DNA from: Azolla caroliniana
Taxonomy: Eukaryota; Plantae; Polypodiophyta
Length of the DNA: 64,000 nt
Assembly: GCA_043228905.1 (NCBI GenBank)
Contig: JBHGNT010000004.1
Span: forward strand, 12,710,001 to 12,774,000
Direction: 5' to 3'
Below the pieces are notes generated by a model. That model saw nothing but the letters and a program-made list of their open reading frames with translations, had not been told where the DNA came from and did not search any database. A program made the translations under genes and the position numbers. Of the stretch, positions 49,501-63,300 are shown in pieces (the stretch's first letter is position 1; the number at the start of each line of letters is the position of its first letter).

Positions 49501-50269
49501 GAAGTGCATACCTATTCCGGATGGTGACTTTATTCAATCCGCGGTAATCAACGACGAGATGAAGTGAGCCATCTTTCTTCTTGACAAAGAAGATGGGTGC
49601 ACCGGCCGGAGATTTCAAATGACGGATGAACCCGCTTGCCAAGTTCTCCTCTATGTAGGCTCGAAGGACTTCTAACTCGGTGGGTGACAAGTTGTAAATT
49701 GGTCCCCATGGTGGCTCGGTTTCTGGTTGTAAATCTATGGGACAGTCATAGGGACGGTGATGAGGAAGGGTACCAGCTTTTACCTTGTCAAATACATCGG
49801 CATAAGGATGATATTTTGTTGGCAGTTGTACTGAGGAGTCCTTCTTAATAGTGTTGGAAGGATGTACTGATATTGCAAATAGGAACATTGCCTCCTTGGG
49901 TCCTTCTTCGCGTAGTTGATGGAGTGAAATGGTCGAAACTCGGTGAGTTGATTCTTGGGGTGGTCGATATTGGACTTCTCTTGTTCTCCAATCTATGGCT
50001 GGATTATGTAATTCAAACCAAGGTAATCCTAGGAAAATGGGATGCTCTGGACTACTAATTATATTAAATAATATCTCTCCTTTTATAGTGTTTTTAGGAA
50101 TAAGCCTGAAGCTTCTAGAATGTTCCAGAGATCTGGAATATACATCAATTTTCTATGATAAAGCATAAATGAAAATAATATCCTACAAATTACAATTCAT
50201 AGTCTAATGGTAAGAGCTCGACCCATGTATACATAAGGTCATGGGTTCGAGTCTTGCCATATCATGACA
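46375..50269 (-). mobile_element. Ty3/gypsy chromovirus (Tcn1-like), gag deleted
   Basis: TSD CAAAG. 3' LTR 46375-46833, partial 5' LTR ~50077-50269. PPT AAGGGGGAGATAG. RT YLDD, RH ADASD, INT HPQTDGQAER and chromodomain EYEVAAILD...YLVDWLGY. Confidence 0.94.
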
Positions 50270-53200
50270 CAAAGCTCCCCCATATCAATGAGTCACTTGA
50301 AGAAGAAGATAAAATAGAGAGGTGGAGAGATCAGAGAGATGGATGAGAAGTTATATCAATTGATCAATGGATGGCTGGATGGATAGAATCAATACAGAGA
50401 AATCTCAGGCAGAATATGCAAAGAGAGAGGGGGGGGGGGGGAGCTAGGGAGGGAGTGACCTCTTCTCAAGGGAGGGTCGTCCGTTCGGGTGTGCCTAGAA
50501 TGGCTTCACCCCCCTCCCGAGGGGGTTACGATAGTGAGAGAGAGTTAGAGAGAAAGACAAATAGAAAATAACACAAAATGTGAGAGGGGAAAAATTTTAT
50601 ATCCATTACATGCCCCATAAGGGGAATATATATTACATAATGTAACGGTAAATAATGACCGTTACAAAAGACCATTACGCATTCTTGTACACATGCACAA
50701 TTATCCATACACATACTCATCCTCACACACTCATTTACTTTACACATACAAATCAACCACATCATTACACCTACCCTTATGCCTCCCCGTATATTCTTAC
50801 GGGTAACACCGTGCAAGAATGTCGTCTTGACATCCAACTGTTCAATCTCCAGATCCATACTTGCAGCTATGCTCAAAACAGTTCTAATGGATGTCATCTT
50901 CATGACTAGAGCGAATATTTCGTCAAAGTCGGCGCCCTTTTTCTTTTGGAAACCCTTCACCACAATGTGGGCTTTATACCTAGGCACACTATCGATTTCT
51001 CCAGTCTTCACCTTGTAGACCCATTTGTTCTTGAGTGCTCTCTTACCTTTCGGTAATTCTACCAGGTCATAGGAGAAGTTTTCATGCAAGGAGTCCATCT
51101 CACCTTGCATTGCGCTCAACCATTTCTCTTTGTGCTCGTCGGCAATGGCTCACCGTCATCAGTCAAGAGGATATATTGACTAGCATATGTTGTCGGTGCT
51201 CTCCTTTCTCTGAGTGCGTATCTCCTTCCACTCATTGTCGGCTCTCGTTCAAGTGTCTCTACCAACTCTCCTCTTTGCTCAGATTCATATATGATGATCG
51301 GCTTCTCAAGGTTGGACGACTCCAACTCGTATTCCTCGATCAATCTTAATAGTTATACCGACTCAGACTCATAGTCGGCCAGTTTCTCCGAGTCGACTGA
51401 CTCGGAATCGGCAGTGTTGACTGGCTATCTCCGAACAGCCGACTGTGTCGGTTCACTTGGGCTCAAGTTGACATTAGTAGAGCTTGACTAGGTAGTCAAT
51501 TCCTACTTCTGTTGCTTCCAGTCCTCTATCGTCTTGTCTTCCAAGAGGACTACATCCCAACTCCTCACTACTTTCTTGTCAGCTAGGTCTCATGGCCTAT
51601 AGCCAAACTCATCTTCCGAGTATCCCATGAATATGCATGCTTTCGACTTACTGTCAAGCTTCGACCTCTAATCCTTAGCAACTTTCATATATGCCAGACA
51701 TCCAAACACCCTCAAGTGTCGGTAGGAGACATCCGTTCCTGTCCACACCCTTTGTGGAACATCACCCTTCAATGGTACTGACGGAGACCTGTTGATAAGA
51801 TAAACAATTGTATACATCGCCTCAGCCCAATACGATTTCGGTAGTTTAACATGAGAGAGCATATTTCTTACTCTCTCCATGATTGTTCTATTCATTCTCT
51901 TTGCAAGCCCATTCAACTCATGGGTCTTCGGTACTATGTATTTGATTCAAACACCTTGGGCCATGCAATATTCCTCAAACTGCCCTTTATATTCGCCACC
52001 ATTGTCGGTTCGGATAGCTTTCAACTTCCAACCCGAACCTCGTTCGGCTCTTGCCTAGAACTCCCTAAAGTACGACAATACTTGATCTTTTGACTTTAGT
52101 ACGAAAGCCCACAACCTCCGATTGTAGTCATCAATGAAGGTCACAAAGTATTGTCCGCATTTGTGTGTACTAGTTCCAGTGGAACTTCTCTTCTCCTTGG
52201 TGGTCTAGAGTGGAATGTTGCTCAGTTCTGCTTTCCAACTAAGCAATCGACACACTTTTCCAGGTGCACTCCCTTTACCTCTGGGAGAAGCTTCTGGTCG
52301 GGCAACAGATGCAGTTCCTTCTCACTCATGTGACCTAGCCTCTTATGCCATATTTGTCTTGCTGAGTCGGCTGCCACATTCACTTCAGACTGGCACAGTC
52401 GGGCTTGCATCATATACAATGTGCCTTCTTTCTGTGCTCAGGCCACTATAAGGTTTCCACGACAGAACTTTCACTTGCCATTCTGAAGGCTACCACTGTA
52501 GCCTTCGTCATCTAGGCTTCCAGTAGATATCACGTTCAGTATGATATCAGGGACATGTCGAACATCCTTCAAAGTTAGCTGACACCCTATCGACGTCGTC
52601 AGGCAGACACTTCTGACTCCGTCTATCTTGCACTACCCATTGTCACCCATCTTTACATAGCCATGATCCCCATCTATGTAAGTTGAGAAATACTCTCTCG
52701 ACAGAGTTATATGGAAAGATGCACCGAAGTCAATCACCCAACTGCATTCCTCACTCGCTAGGTCTACACGTGGCTCAAGTGCCCTTTTCATCAGGAATCT
52801 TCCTTTGTTCGACACCATTACCGACACCTATGTCCTTCCTCATGTGTCGGCAGTCCTTCTGGAAGTGTCCAAGTTTTCCACAATACAAGCACACAAGCTT
52901 TCCTCTGAACTTCAACCTGGCTTGAGACTTTTCTCTCCTTGGTGGACTCCTTTGCCGGTTTCTTCCCCTGTCGGTATGTTGAGTCAAATTTGACTCCGAT
53001 TGGACTAGGACACCCTTGTCCTTCCTTCTCGCTTCCTCGTTCAAGATGCTTGTCTTCACCATTTGTAAAGACAAGTTCTCTTCTTGACAGGAGGTGCTGA
53101 GAGTAACCACCAGATTTTCCGAACTATTCGACAGTGTGCACATCAGTAGGATGGCCTGCATAGTATCATCAAAGGAAAACTTGGTTGCGGCAAGTTGGTT

Positions 53201-56200
53201 TACATAGCCCATGAATGTGTTGGTGTGTTCGACGATGCTCTCACTGTTTCTATATTTCAGCCGTAAGATTTTTCTCATCAGTGAGGTTTTATTGAGGGCG
53301 TTCTTCCTCTCGTATAGACCTGACAACTTCTGCCACATCTCGTGGGCATTTGTGTCATTCGCCACATGCTAAAGGACACTTACATCGACGCACTGTTGGA
53401 TGGTGGCCACCACCTTTCTATTAAGAAGTTTCCATTCCGACTCTAATACCCTCGTGGGTATTTCTGCTCTGTCGATTGGCTCGTACAGGCCTTGAACTAT
53501 GAGAAGGTCCTCCATCTTTATATTCCAATCTACATAGTTTTGAGAGTTTAGAACTATCATACCTGGGAAACCGCTCACACCTCCTTCCATGCTTGCACCT
53601 CAAGCTCTAATACCAGTTTGTTGAAAAACGAATTGTCAATCCACAAGAGGGGATGCACTGAAAATACAGAATTCGGAAACACAGAAAAACAGTGTACACA
53701 TATTTGATGTGAAAACCCTAAAACGGGAGAAAACCACGGAGAACGGAGCTTCACTATACAATGGATATACAATGATGAGATTAGAGTACAACACTCTCTA
53801 CGCCTATCTGCGTCCCCTCGGCTTGATCCGGCCTTGTCCGAATCGACTCGTCTTGGCATCCTGAATGTAGCTCAAGATGATCGCTCACACAGGACGTAAA
53901 ACAGTAGAGAACTCTACTTGCCGCTTGTTCCCAGGCTAGGAAGTCTCTATGTGTCGATTCGGGTGCTGGATCATTAGCTCCTTCAACATAACTCTAGTAG
54001 CCATGGCCGAGTAGGTACTGGTGTATCTTGAACAACCAAGATGCATAGTTGCTCCTATCGAGCTTTTCAGTCGGAAGCGAGCTTCCCATTCCTCTGGTCA
54101 TATTTATGTCGTATCTTTTCCGAAAACAAGAAAACTTGACTCTAGCTTGATCTCTTCTTTTCTGTCGACTGTAGAGGAGTCTGAACCCTCGCGCTCTGAT
54201 ACCATGTAGAAGAATACGATGTGCAGAAGCATGCGTAAAAGGCACAGAGTTTATAGTTGATGTTCGGAAACAAAGCAGTTCGGTAAACGCAGAGAACACA
54301 GAGAAGGAGAGAGAGGACAAGAGACAAAGAGAGCAAAAACACAAAAACCTAATTCAAACAATACAATACGATCTATACATAGGATGTGCTTAGAGAGCAC
54401 TTTTACACAAGTCCATACAGTGACAAAAGTACTGACCCATACTTCAATGCTCATAAATGAGCCCCTACACTAACTCCCAAAATATATTCCTCCACGGAAT
54501 ATCTATCCAACAACCTCTTGGTTTACTCACCAATACGGCCTTTAGTTATGCACCCAGTTTATGCATTGGTTTACACACCAATTTACGCACCGGTTTACGC
54601 ACCCAATGTTGAACCTGTATCTCAACAGTCAGCAACCTGATCAGAGCGGATCGTTCCTCGGAAGCCAAGGCCTTCGCGATTTTCAGTGTCTAGGGCTTGG
54701 TAGAAGAACCGAGATTAATTTCCTCTAGTGTTGAGGCTTTTACGCACTGAGACATGGCTAATTCATGTTCGAGCACATCGTGGGCATGCCATAACTCTTC
54801 ACTCGATTGCGGGTCGGGGTCGTGTGGATTAGTGTGGTCTGTCGTCACAATGTCAGATAGATATGGCTCTACGGATGTGAGAACGTTAATTCCGAATAGG
54901 GGGGCGATCGTGGAATGCTCATATAGAAAGGATTCCATCTCTTCATCCTCGAGACCGTTGAGCATATGCACACCTTCAGCATACAATGGGCTATTGTCGG
55001 AGGCGTCGTGATGCGTTCCTCTGTGACAACCCAAATTTTGGTTTTCCCACGGCGAAATGATATCATGTTGTGCTGCCATTGTTGCTTGATATTAGTTGTT
55101 CATAGCAATGGACATCCGAGTAACAACGGACGGGTAAGCGCCAGGAGCGTCAAGTTGTAAGATTACTATGGACACTGTGAAGGTGCCCACCGAGGATGAA
55201 ATCGAGATTTCGGATTAACCCTATTGGTCGAACCGATCGCATATCTACCATATGAAGCCAAAACAGACATGGCTCCCATTGTGTGATGCTAGGTCGTGGC
55301 ATGTTGCCTCATGATAACATTCACTCCTGATCCGCCATCGATAATGCACCTGTGGACTTCGCGGCCTCTGATGAAAAGTTTGACCGCCGGATTCTGGGAA
55401 TCTATTAGTGTTGGTTCAAGTTCTAGTGTCGTGAGGTATAGGCGCAGGGTAGTTTGTTTGTGGCCAATGGTGAGAGATTGGACCGTGTCCTTGAAGCGCG
55501 GAAGCAACATCAGCAGTTTATGCAGGGACATGGAAATTTGGCAGCTAGTGAAGACTTGTCAAACCGGGTCGTTTTCGGGTGGTTCAGTAGGTGAAGAGCG
55601 ATGTGATGGGGGGAAAACGATTTCTTCCATTTCGGTGTGCATTCAGTCGGTGTTAGCGCGGTTGGTCGTTTCGATCCATTTCTTAGCGGTTTGTCAAACC
55701 TCATCCTAAATCTCCCATTGCGATTCTTGGGCCTTACTTCGGGTGGTGACCTGATGGACATCGGTCGTAATCATGTTTACGGCCGGTGCTTTACCTCGAT
55801 TGTTAGTCAGACATTGAATGGCGTAATGACCTAGTTTATTACAATTGAAGCATGTTACTATGGCCGAGTTGGTAGGCTCTCCTTGCTCGAATTGAGGTTG
55901 TGCTATGTGTCGTGGTTGATCTTCTCGAGCTGGCGGGGAATAGGACTACAGAGGGTTTAGGGTACCGGGATTGGGGAGGCCGCCGATTATCAGTGCACAG
56001 AGGGTCTCGGGGACGGTTGTCAAAGGGTCGTTGATTATTCCCCGAAGGTTGAAGCCGCGATTATGATGTGGGGTCCATCGATCGGAATGTGGATACCATG
56101 GTTCGTAATAGTCTTCTCATTCATAGTTATCCCGGTAATAGTGATCCTCCGGATAATAGCATGGCCGATTATGATGGTATGGTGGCTTTGGTTGGTCCTA

Positions 56201-57356
56201 GTGATCCTGGTGATAGTGATCTGGTTTAGGGTGGTAGCAATCGTTTCAATGAAGCCGATCATCCTCCCAGGGCCCTGTGGTGGTGGTCGCTCATCATGTT
56301 GTGAACGATCGGGGTGTGGCTCGATTTGATGTACCGGACCGAGTTAGTATGGTTGAGCATGTTGTACTCACATTACTCAACCGTATGTACTCTAGAATGG
56401 TAGATGGGACAGTGTGGCCGTAGAGGGCAATCGATAGCCGAGTGACTGGACTTGGCACAAGTCGTGCATTGCAGTGCTTGTCGAAACTAGGTTTCCTTGG
56501 TTGTTGGCAAGGCAGTTTGGAGCGTGCCCATGGAGAAAGAATTGTTATGATGAACCCTATCTAAAGCGAGAACACGAGCGACCACTTGCTCGATAGTTTG
56601 CTCTGAAAAATCCGTAATAGCCAATGTCATGCGCATCGGCTCTCGGAGTCCGGCAAGCAACTTATCTTTTAGATGATTTGCTGACACATCTTCTGCAAAT
56701 CACCAGTAAAGGTCTTGAAATTAGAGGGTGAACTGAGAAACCGTTTCATTCGGCTCTTTGGCAATGGTATAGAACTGGCGGAGCAGTTCGCGCTTAGGGA
56801 CCTCCTGCTGGAATAACTCCAGAAACCTGGTATAGACATCTTGGAATGTGGTGAACTCCCCAAGATGGTGGTGAGAATACCACCGTGGAGCCGAGCCATC
56901 CAAAGAAAGGATGAATTCCACGATTTTGGAGGCATCCACCTCTGCAACAGTGAAGTGTTGCGTAGAATGGTTGGCTTGCCACGTGGATAGAAAGGAGCGG
57001 ATGTGGGATTCCGCATCGGGATTGTCCGTGTAGCGGGTATAGGGGTACGACATTGTGTCGAAATCTAGGTCTTCTAGTAGAGCCGGGAAGGGGTTCAACT
57101 CAGATTGTTGAGTGACTTCTACAGGACTTGGAGGAGTGGCGAGATTGGGGCCGATATGTGATTGTGTATCAGGGATGATTGGTTGTGTGTTTGAATTCGG
57201 GGGTTCTAGTGATGCGTGTTGTGTGAGCGCGGAATCAACGGTATCCTCAGCTGGCTCGGCATGGCGGGATGGGAGCTGAGAGTGGGTAGGACAGTTGGCG
57301 TCGTAATGGCGGCTGGGAGTATCCACCGACGTTGTTTGTTGTGATGCACCACATTA

Positions 57357-57369
57357 ACCAGGCGTGCCA
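57357..57369 (-). promoter_or_regulatory. 5' PBS of the host gypsy (tRNA-Arg type)
   Basis: TGGCACGCCTGGT lies 5 nt after the LTR end (...GAGACAACA). Confidence 0.8.
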
Positions 57370-58943
57370 AATTGTGTTGTCTCCATCTCGGAAGCAACAC
57401 CTTCGATTACTCCTATGGTAATCGGATCAGGGGATTGTGGTACGCGGTGGAGGTCAGGGTGAGAGAGGGATTGCTCAGCAATCAGATTCGTACAGAGAGA
57501 CGTTCAACGTACGTTAGCCGTAAAACGGGATCTTAATTCAAGATGTTATAGTTCATAAACGATCTCAAGACACAGAACAGATTGGACCCAAAACTAGATA
57601 TATATTATGTAATCCGAAACAGTAATACATGGCGCACGTCCGAAGTTACAAACAAAAAGTTCAATCAAATATCCTACGTGTCTTAGTACTATATTCCTAT
57701 TCTAAATAGGTAGCTTCTCTTCCCTCTTCTGTCCTCCTCTGTTTCTTTTCTGCTTCACGTTTTATAGTTTTCTTTCCCGTTTGGCATGCTTCAGTCTTTA
57801 CTCGTTTTCGGCTCCATGTTTCATGGCTGCATTTTCTTCGTTACCTTCCCTGTTACGGTTTCCTTTACCTACTTCACCTACATCCAGATTCATTTCATAC
57901 CCAAATTACCAATTTGTCCCAGGGACAACACTAATAACATTGCGATGACTGGACACAAGATATATGAAATGAACTAGGGAATTTATTTGGTCATGCTAGA
58001 AGATGCACTAGTAAGAAACGAGGAATAATGTGTGTGTTGCTCTTTTTTATAGTGTTTGGATGTCAAATATATCAACCGGGAAATCACACCTGAAAAAAAA
58101 AACTAAAGATAATATCAGCATCATTCCCCAAAATCGTGTGATAGTAGGGAGTGTGCATAAATGGTGGGTATTGTAGCATTAGGTAGGGATGTATATAAAG
58201 ATAGATATGTACATATCTCATATCCAATCGGGAAAACACACTAGTGTGAGCTATGGATAGACATTTATGTAGATCATACCCCATTGAGAAAAAGCTATCA
58301 CTACATGTATAGATCTTCCGATCTATACATGTGGTGATAGCTATCAACTAGAAAAAATCACATTCCATAGAGCTTTAAAGCAACAAATATATAGCGTGTG
58401 AATGTAGGATAGATATATATTTAAAAAAAGTGAACTCCATTTAAAGAAGAAAAGTCATATACAGAGAAAAACAAATCACTCCATATATATATGTGAATAT
58501 TGGGAGTCATAAATTTAATGTATAATATTGTTTTCTCTCGCATATCACATTGGAGAAAACATGCAAGGTTTTTTTTTCAAGTTTTTTTCCGATTTCTTTT
58601 TTTGGGTTCCCTGTAGGCGAGGTAGTTCTCATCAGCCACATTTGATGCAAGAAATTAGTCAAATTATTTGAGGTGATTAAACATGTAGATGCAAAAAACG
58701 CAATCATATGCACGAATGTATATAGCTAATCCAATAAAGAGCATAAATTAGAGCACTTGAACACAGATATCACACACATAGTTGTGAGACATAATAACAA
58801 AGAATATATAACAAGGGAGAAGGGAAAAGATATTTTCTTTGCATAAATACTAAAGTTCACACTCCTCTCGTCTCGGATCGAGGGGTCATGCATCGTTTGT
58901 TGCTCTAGGGATCATGTATGCTCTGATATGAACCGTTAAAGTC

Positions 58944-60264
58944 TGTTGAGTGACAAGCTCAACATTGGGTGCGTAATATGGCGCGTAACCCAGTGCGTAG
59001 ACTGGACTAGACGCGTAAGTTAGTACGCACAACTTGGCCATATCAATGCGTAAACCAAAAGGCCGTTAGAGAGATATTCCTCGTAAGGAATAATTTTGAG
59101 AGTGAGTATCGAGGCTCATTTATGAGCAGTCAAGTACTGTCAGTACTTGTGTCAGCCCGATTGTCAGGGCTTGTATAAAAGGTGCTCACTGAGTACGGTG
59201 TGTGTATAGAGCGTCATTATTTTGAAATAGAACTGAGTTGTCTGCTCTCTCTGTCTCTCTCTCTCCATCTCCATCTCTGTGTTTTCTGAGTTCTCCAACT
59301 GTGTACTTTGTGTTTCGCATATGCTTCCGCACACGCTATTCTTTTTCATGGTATCAAAGCGCGAGGGTTGAGAACCTCTGCAGCCGACAAGAAAAGTTTG
59401 TGACGAAACATAGTTGAAGTTGTTCGTGTTCGGAAAAGAAAAAGACAGTAATATGGACAAAGGAATGGGAAGCTCACTTCCGACTAAAAAGCTTGATAGA
59501 AGCAACTATGCATCTTGGTCGTACAAGATGCACTAGTACCTACTCGGCCATGGCTACTAGAGTTATGTTGAAGGAGCAAACGATGTGGCACCCGACTCGA
59601 CACACAAGGACTATCCGGCTTGGGAACAATGGGCAAGCAGAGTGTTGTACTGCTTTGTGTCCTGTGTGAGCGATCAGCTTTTGAGCTATATTCGGGATGC
59701 CAACACGCCGAAGGACACATGGGCGAATCTCAAAAGGATTTTCGCTGCCAACAGAATGGCTAGAAAGCTACAACTCAGACAGGAGCTTAGCAATGTATGA
59801 CAAAGAGATATGTCTGTGGCTAATTACACCACCAAGATCAAAGAAATCTGTGACTCTCTCGCCTCCGTCAACGTGAACATCGAGGAAGATGAAATGGTGC
59901 AGGTTTGTCTTGGTGGCTTGGCGTCAAAGTTCGGGCCTTTTCGAATGGCAGTCTGCACGAGGGAGATTACGCCTTCGTTTTTCGAGCTTCAATCAATGTT
60001 GCTCGTAGAAGAAAACCACACGAGTGCGTCGACGAGTGCGCACGCCGATGGCAAGATGCTTTACACGGAGGATGATAGGCCCCATGGTCGTGGTGGACGA
60101 GGCAGATCGACGCGCAATGGAGGCAGCCGAAAAGAGCAGAATGTACGGCATAATTGAGATGTCGGAAGCAATTCTGAACCCTCCGCAAGCAGGGGGAGTC
60201 ATGACGGCACCGGAAGACGGCAAGAGAAGACCGCGCCGGAATGTTGGTACTGTGGCAAGAAGTG
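58944..60264 (+). mobile_element. Copia 5' LTR (58944-59348), PBS and gag remnant
   Basis: TGTTGAG...TTCA followed by TGGTATCAAAGC (59349-59360). Gag is truncated in the zinc knuckle (CWYCGKK). Confidence 0.88.
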
Positions 60265-60315
60265 AAGTTAAAATCGTTGCCAGCCACAACCGGTTGTACG
60301 TGTGCGGAATAATAG

Positions 60316-63300
60316 TGTTGAGAGACAAGCTCAACATCAGCCAGATCGGCTGAAGAAGCCGAGGACCGGATCGACTGGGACCGATCGGTTAGGCCGTTAG
60401 GAAAGATATTCCGTGGGGAATATATTTGGGAGTTAGTGTAGGAGCTCTTAATGAGCATTGAAGTACTGTCAGTACTCCAGTCAGTCCTTCTAGGGCTTGT
60501 ACAAACTGTTCATTGAACACATATATGTATAGTTTTTCTTCTTTTAAATATATTCTGCTTTTTGTCTTCTCTTAATCCCTCTCGGTCTCTCCCGCGTATA
60601 CTGTGTAAGCTCAAGCTCTCCATTAAACCTGAGTGTTCTCCCTTCTGTTCTGTCTTTATACTTGCTTCCGCACGCAACTCTTACATGGTATCAAAGCGCG
60701 AGGGTTGAGAACCTCTCTGCAGCCGACACAGCTTGACGAAGAAGAACAAGAAGAACGATGGATAGAGGCATGGCGAGCTCGCTTCCAACAGAGAAGCTCG
60801 ACAGAACCAACTAGGCATCTTGGTCCTACAAGATGCACCAGTACCTGCTCGGGCACGGCTACTGTACTTATGTCGAAGGAGCTAATGACGCGGCACCCGA
60901 ATCGACACACAGACTTTCCATCGTGGGAGCAATCGGCGAGCAGGGTATTATACTGCTTCGCGTCGTGTGTGGGCGAACAACTATTGAGCTATGTTTGGGA
61001 TGCAAAGACGCCAAAGGGTGCGTGGGAAAATGTGAAGAAGATTTTCGCCGCGAGCACCACAGCCAGGAAGCTTCAGCTCCGACAAGAGTTGAGCAACCTA
61101 CGACAACGCGACTTGTCGGTGGCGGACTATACCTCGAAGATCAAGGATATCTGCGACTCCCTCGCCTCCATAGAGGTGAACATCGAGGAGAGCGAGATGG
61201 TCCAGAGGTATCTCAGAGGTTTGGCCTCGAAGTTCGGAGCGTTCCGAACGGCTGTGTGTACCCGGGAGAATACGCCATCCTTTTTCGACTTACAGTCGAT
61301 GCTCCTGGCAGAGGAGAACCACACGGGTGCGTCGACGAGCACGCACACCGACAGCAAGATGTTGTACATGGAGGGAGAAAGGCCCCGTGGTCGTGGCGGA
61401 CAAGGCGAGTCGGTACGCAATGGAAGCGGTCGACGAGATCAAGGAAGAAGGCACCGAAGTGATGTCGACAGCAACTCCGGACCCTCCGGAAACAGGGGGA
61501 GTCGAAGCAATGAGAACCGGCAAGGGAAGGCCATCGCGGAGTGCTGGTACTGTGGCAAGAAAGGCCACAGGGAAAGTGAGTGCTGGAAGAAGCGCGCCGA
61601 TTCGGAGAGAAACGGCTCCAGACATACCGACAAGGGAAATCGGCAACAATCGCACTACGCCGAAGACTCCGGGAGAGCCGGAGAAGGGTCTGCCTTCGTG
61701 ACGAGACACGAAGCAAACTCAATGAAACAAAGCACCCCGAGATCGGACGAGGTGTGGTACATAGACTCCGGCGCGTCAAACCACATGACGAGCCATAAGG
61801 AGTGGTTCTCGTACCTTGAAAAACCGATACAACCTGGAGTAGTCGCAACAGGAGACGACACTCCGCATCCGATCGCGAATGTCGGTGAAGTTCCCCTTAG
61901 CCATGTCGGGCAGAAAGGGAAACTCATGAACGTGTTGCACGTTCCGACAATCACGAAAAACTTGGTCTCGGTCGGACAGATCGTCGACCAAGGGATGGAG
62001 GTTCGGTTTACACACCTCGGGTGCTTCATTGAGGAAGAAGGCCGTGTGATTGCGCAAGGGCGCAGAGACGGGAGGATGTTCATCCTCGACTCCACTGACG
62101 GCGGCACCGCAATGTTCGTGAAGGGAAGAAAAACCGAGTCGGACATCGACTTGTGGCACAAGCGGATAGGCCACGTCAACTACCAGCGGCTTCAAGATCT
62201 GCAATCGAAACAGGTAGTGTTCGGATTGCCCAAATTTAGTGGCCGAAAGGCACAAATTTGTGAAGCTTGCCAGCTCGGGAAGCAACACCGACTTCCTTTC
62301 CCCAACGAGCAAAATCGGAGACGGAATAAGCTCGACCTTATACACTCCGATGTATGGGGGCCGGCACAAAACGTTAGTCTTGGCAGGAGCCGATATTTCG
62401 TCTCCTTCATCGACGACCACACGTGGCACACGTGGATCTACCTCCTTGAGAGGAAGAGCGAAGACTTCGACTGTTTCCGTGACCTCAAAGGGTTCTTGGA
62501 AACGGAAACGGGACGAAAGATCAAGTGCCTGCGGTCGGATGGCGGAAAAGAGTACTTTTCCGGCCAATTCAACGGTTATCTACAACAAATGGGAATTCGC
62601 CACGAATTCAGTTGTAGATACACGCCGGAGCAGAACGGCGTGGCCGAGAGGAAGAATCGGTCAGTTGTGGAAGCGGCACGGGCAATGCTGGAGGAAAAGA
62701 GCTTGCCCAAGTTTTACTGGGCCGAGGCGGTAAGGACCGCGGTATACATCCAGAACCGGATCGGAGACAAAGTGTCGGCGCATGAGCTATATTTCGGAAC
62801 GAAGCCGAACTTGCGACACTTGAGGGTGTTCGGTAGCATTGCGTATGTGCATGTACCGAAGGAGAAAAGGAGGAAGTTGGACGCAAAGGCCGAGAAATGC
62901 ATCTTGGTCGGTTACTCGGATGAGCAGAAGGGTTATAAGTGCTATAACCCTCGCACCAAACAAGCACGTGTTAGCCACGACGTTGTGGTTGACGAGTCCG
63001 CGTCCTGGGACCAACCCCCGACTCCGAACCCCGAGTCCAATCCGTGTTCTAACGATGAGGTCAGTAAGGCCGAGATGCCTCCGGATGAGCCCGAAATCGA
63101 GACCCGCGAAGAGAGTCCGATTTCACTCCACTTAAGTGGACCGATTGGACGACTGAGTCGGTACGATCAGCCCGATGAAGAGCCGGTGAGTAGTGGAGAC
63201 TCGGCCGTGCATTCCCCGCGCAAGAAACCGAGGAGACGGCTTACGCGCACAGATAAGAACGAGTCAGACCGACGCGAGTCCGACTCCGAGGGAACTGGTG

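Larger units (their letters stand above)
44861..50808. mobile_element. Non-autonomous family-X LTR-bounded element carrying a host gene fragment
   Basis: TG...CA ends. TSD CCGTG (44856-44860 / 50809-50813) splits the copia RT motif LHGEL. Partial X LTRs at both ends. Confidence 0.85.
43659..53801 (-). mobile_element. Ty1/copia family A/D nested in the RT of copia C
   Basis: 3' LTR 43659-44354, PPT ~44357-44367, PBS 53604-53615, truncated 5' LTR 53619-~53801. gag-pol remnants at 50809-53590 and 44370-44860. Confidence 0.88.
41551..54627 (-). mobile_element. Ty1/copia family C, internally deleted, containing nested elements
   Basis: LTRs 41551-41951 and 54205-54627. PBS 54193-54204, PPT ~41952-41962. 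TSD ATCAG/GTCAG. RT/RH remnants at 42500-43658. Confidence 0.9.
19761..57930 (-). mobile_element. Decayed non-chromovirus (Athila/Tat-like) gypsy element that hosts the nested insertions
   Basis: 5' LTR 57375-57930 matches the truncated 3' LTR 19761-20033. Gag ~57330-55900, AP IDGGSGVN ~55330, RT pieces at 54630-54720, 41507-41550 and 40250-41050, RH/INT 38600-40230, accessory ORF 32700-30807 and 20909-20114. The pieces are collinear with 20910-30801. Confidence 0.88.

Noticed and set aside
57931-58943. AT-rich tract with GCTCTGATATGA (~58920) resembling a degenerate minus-strand PBS
   Set aside because: No LTR pair or coding support. Left unannotated.
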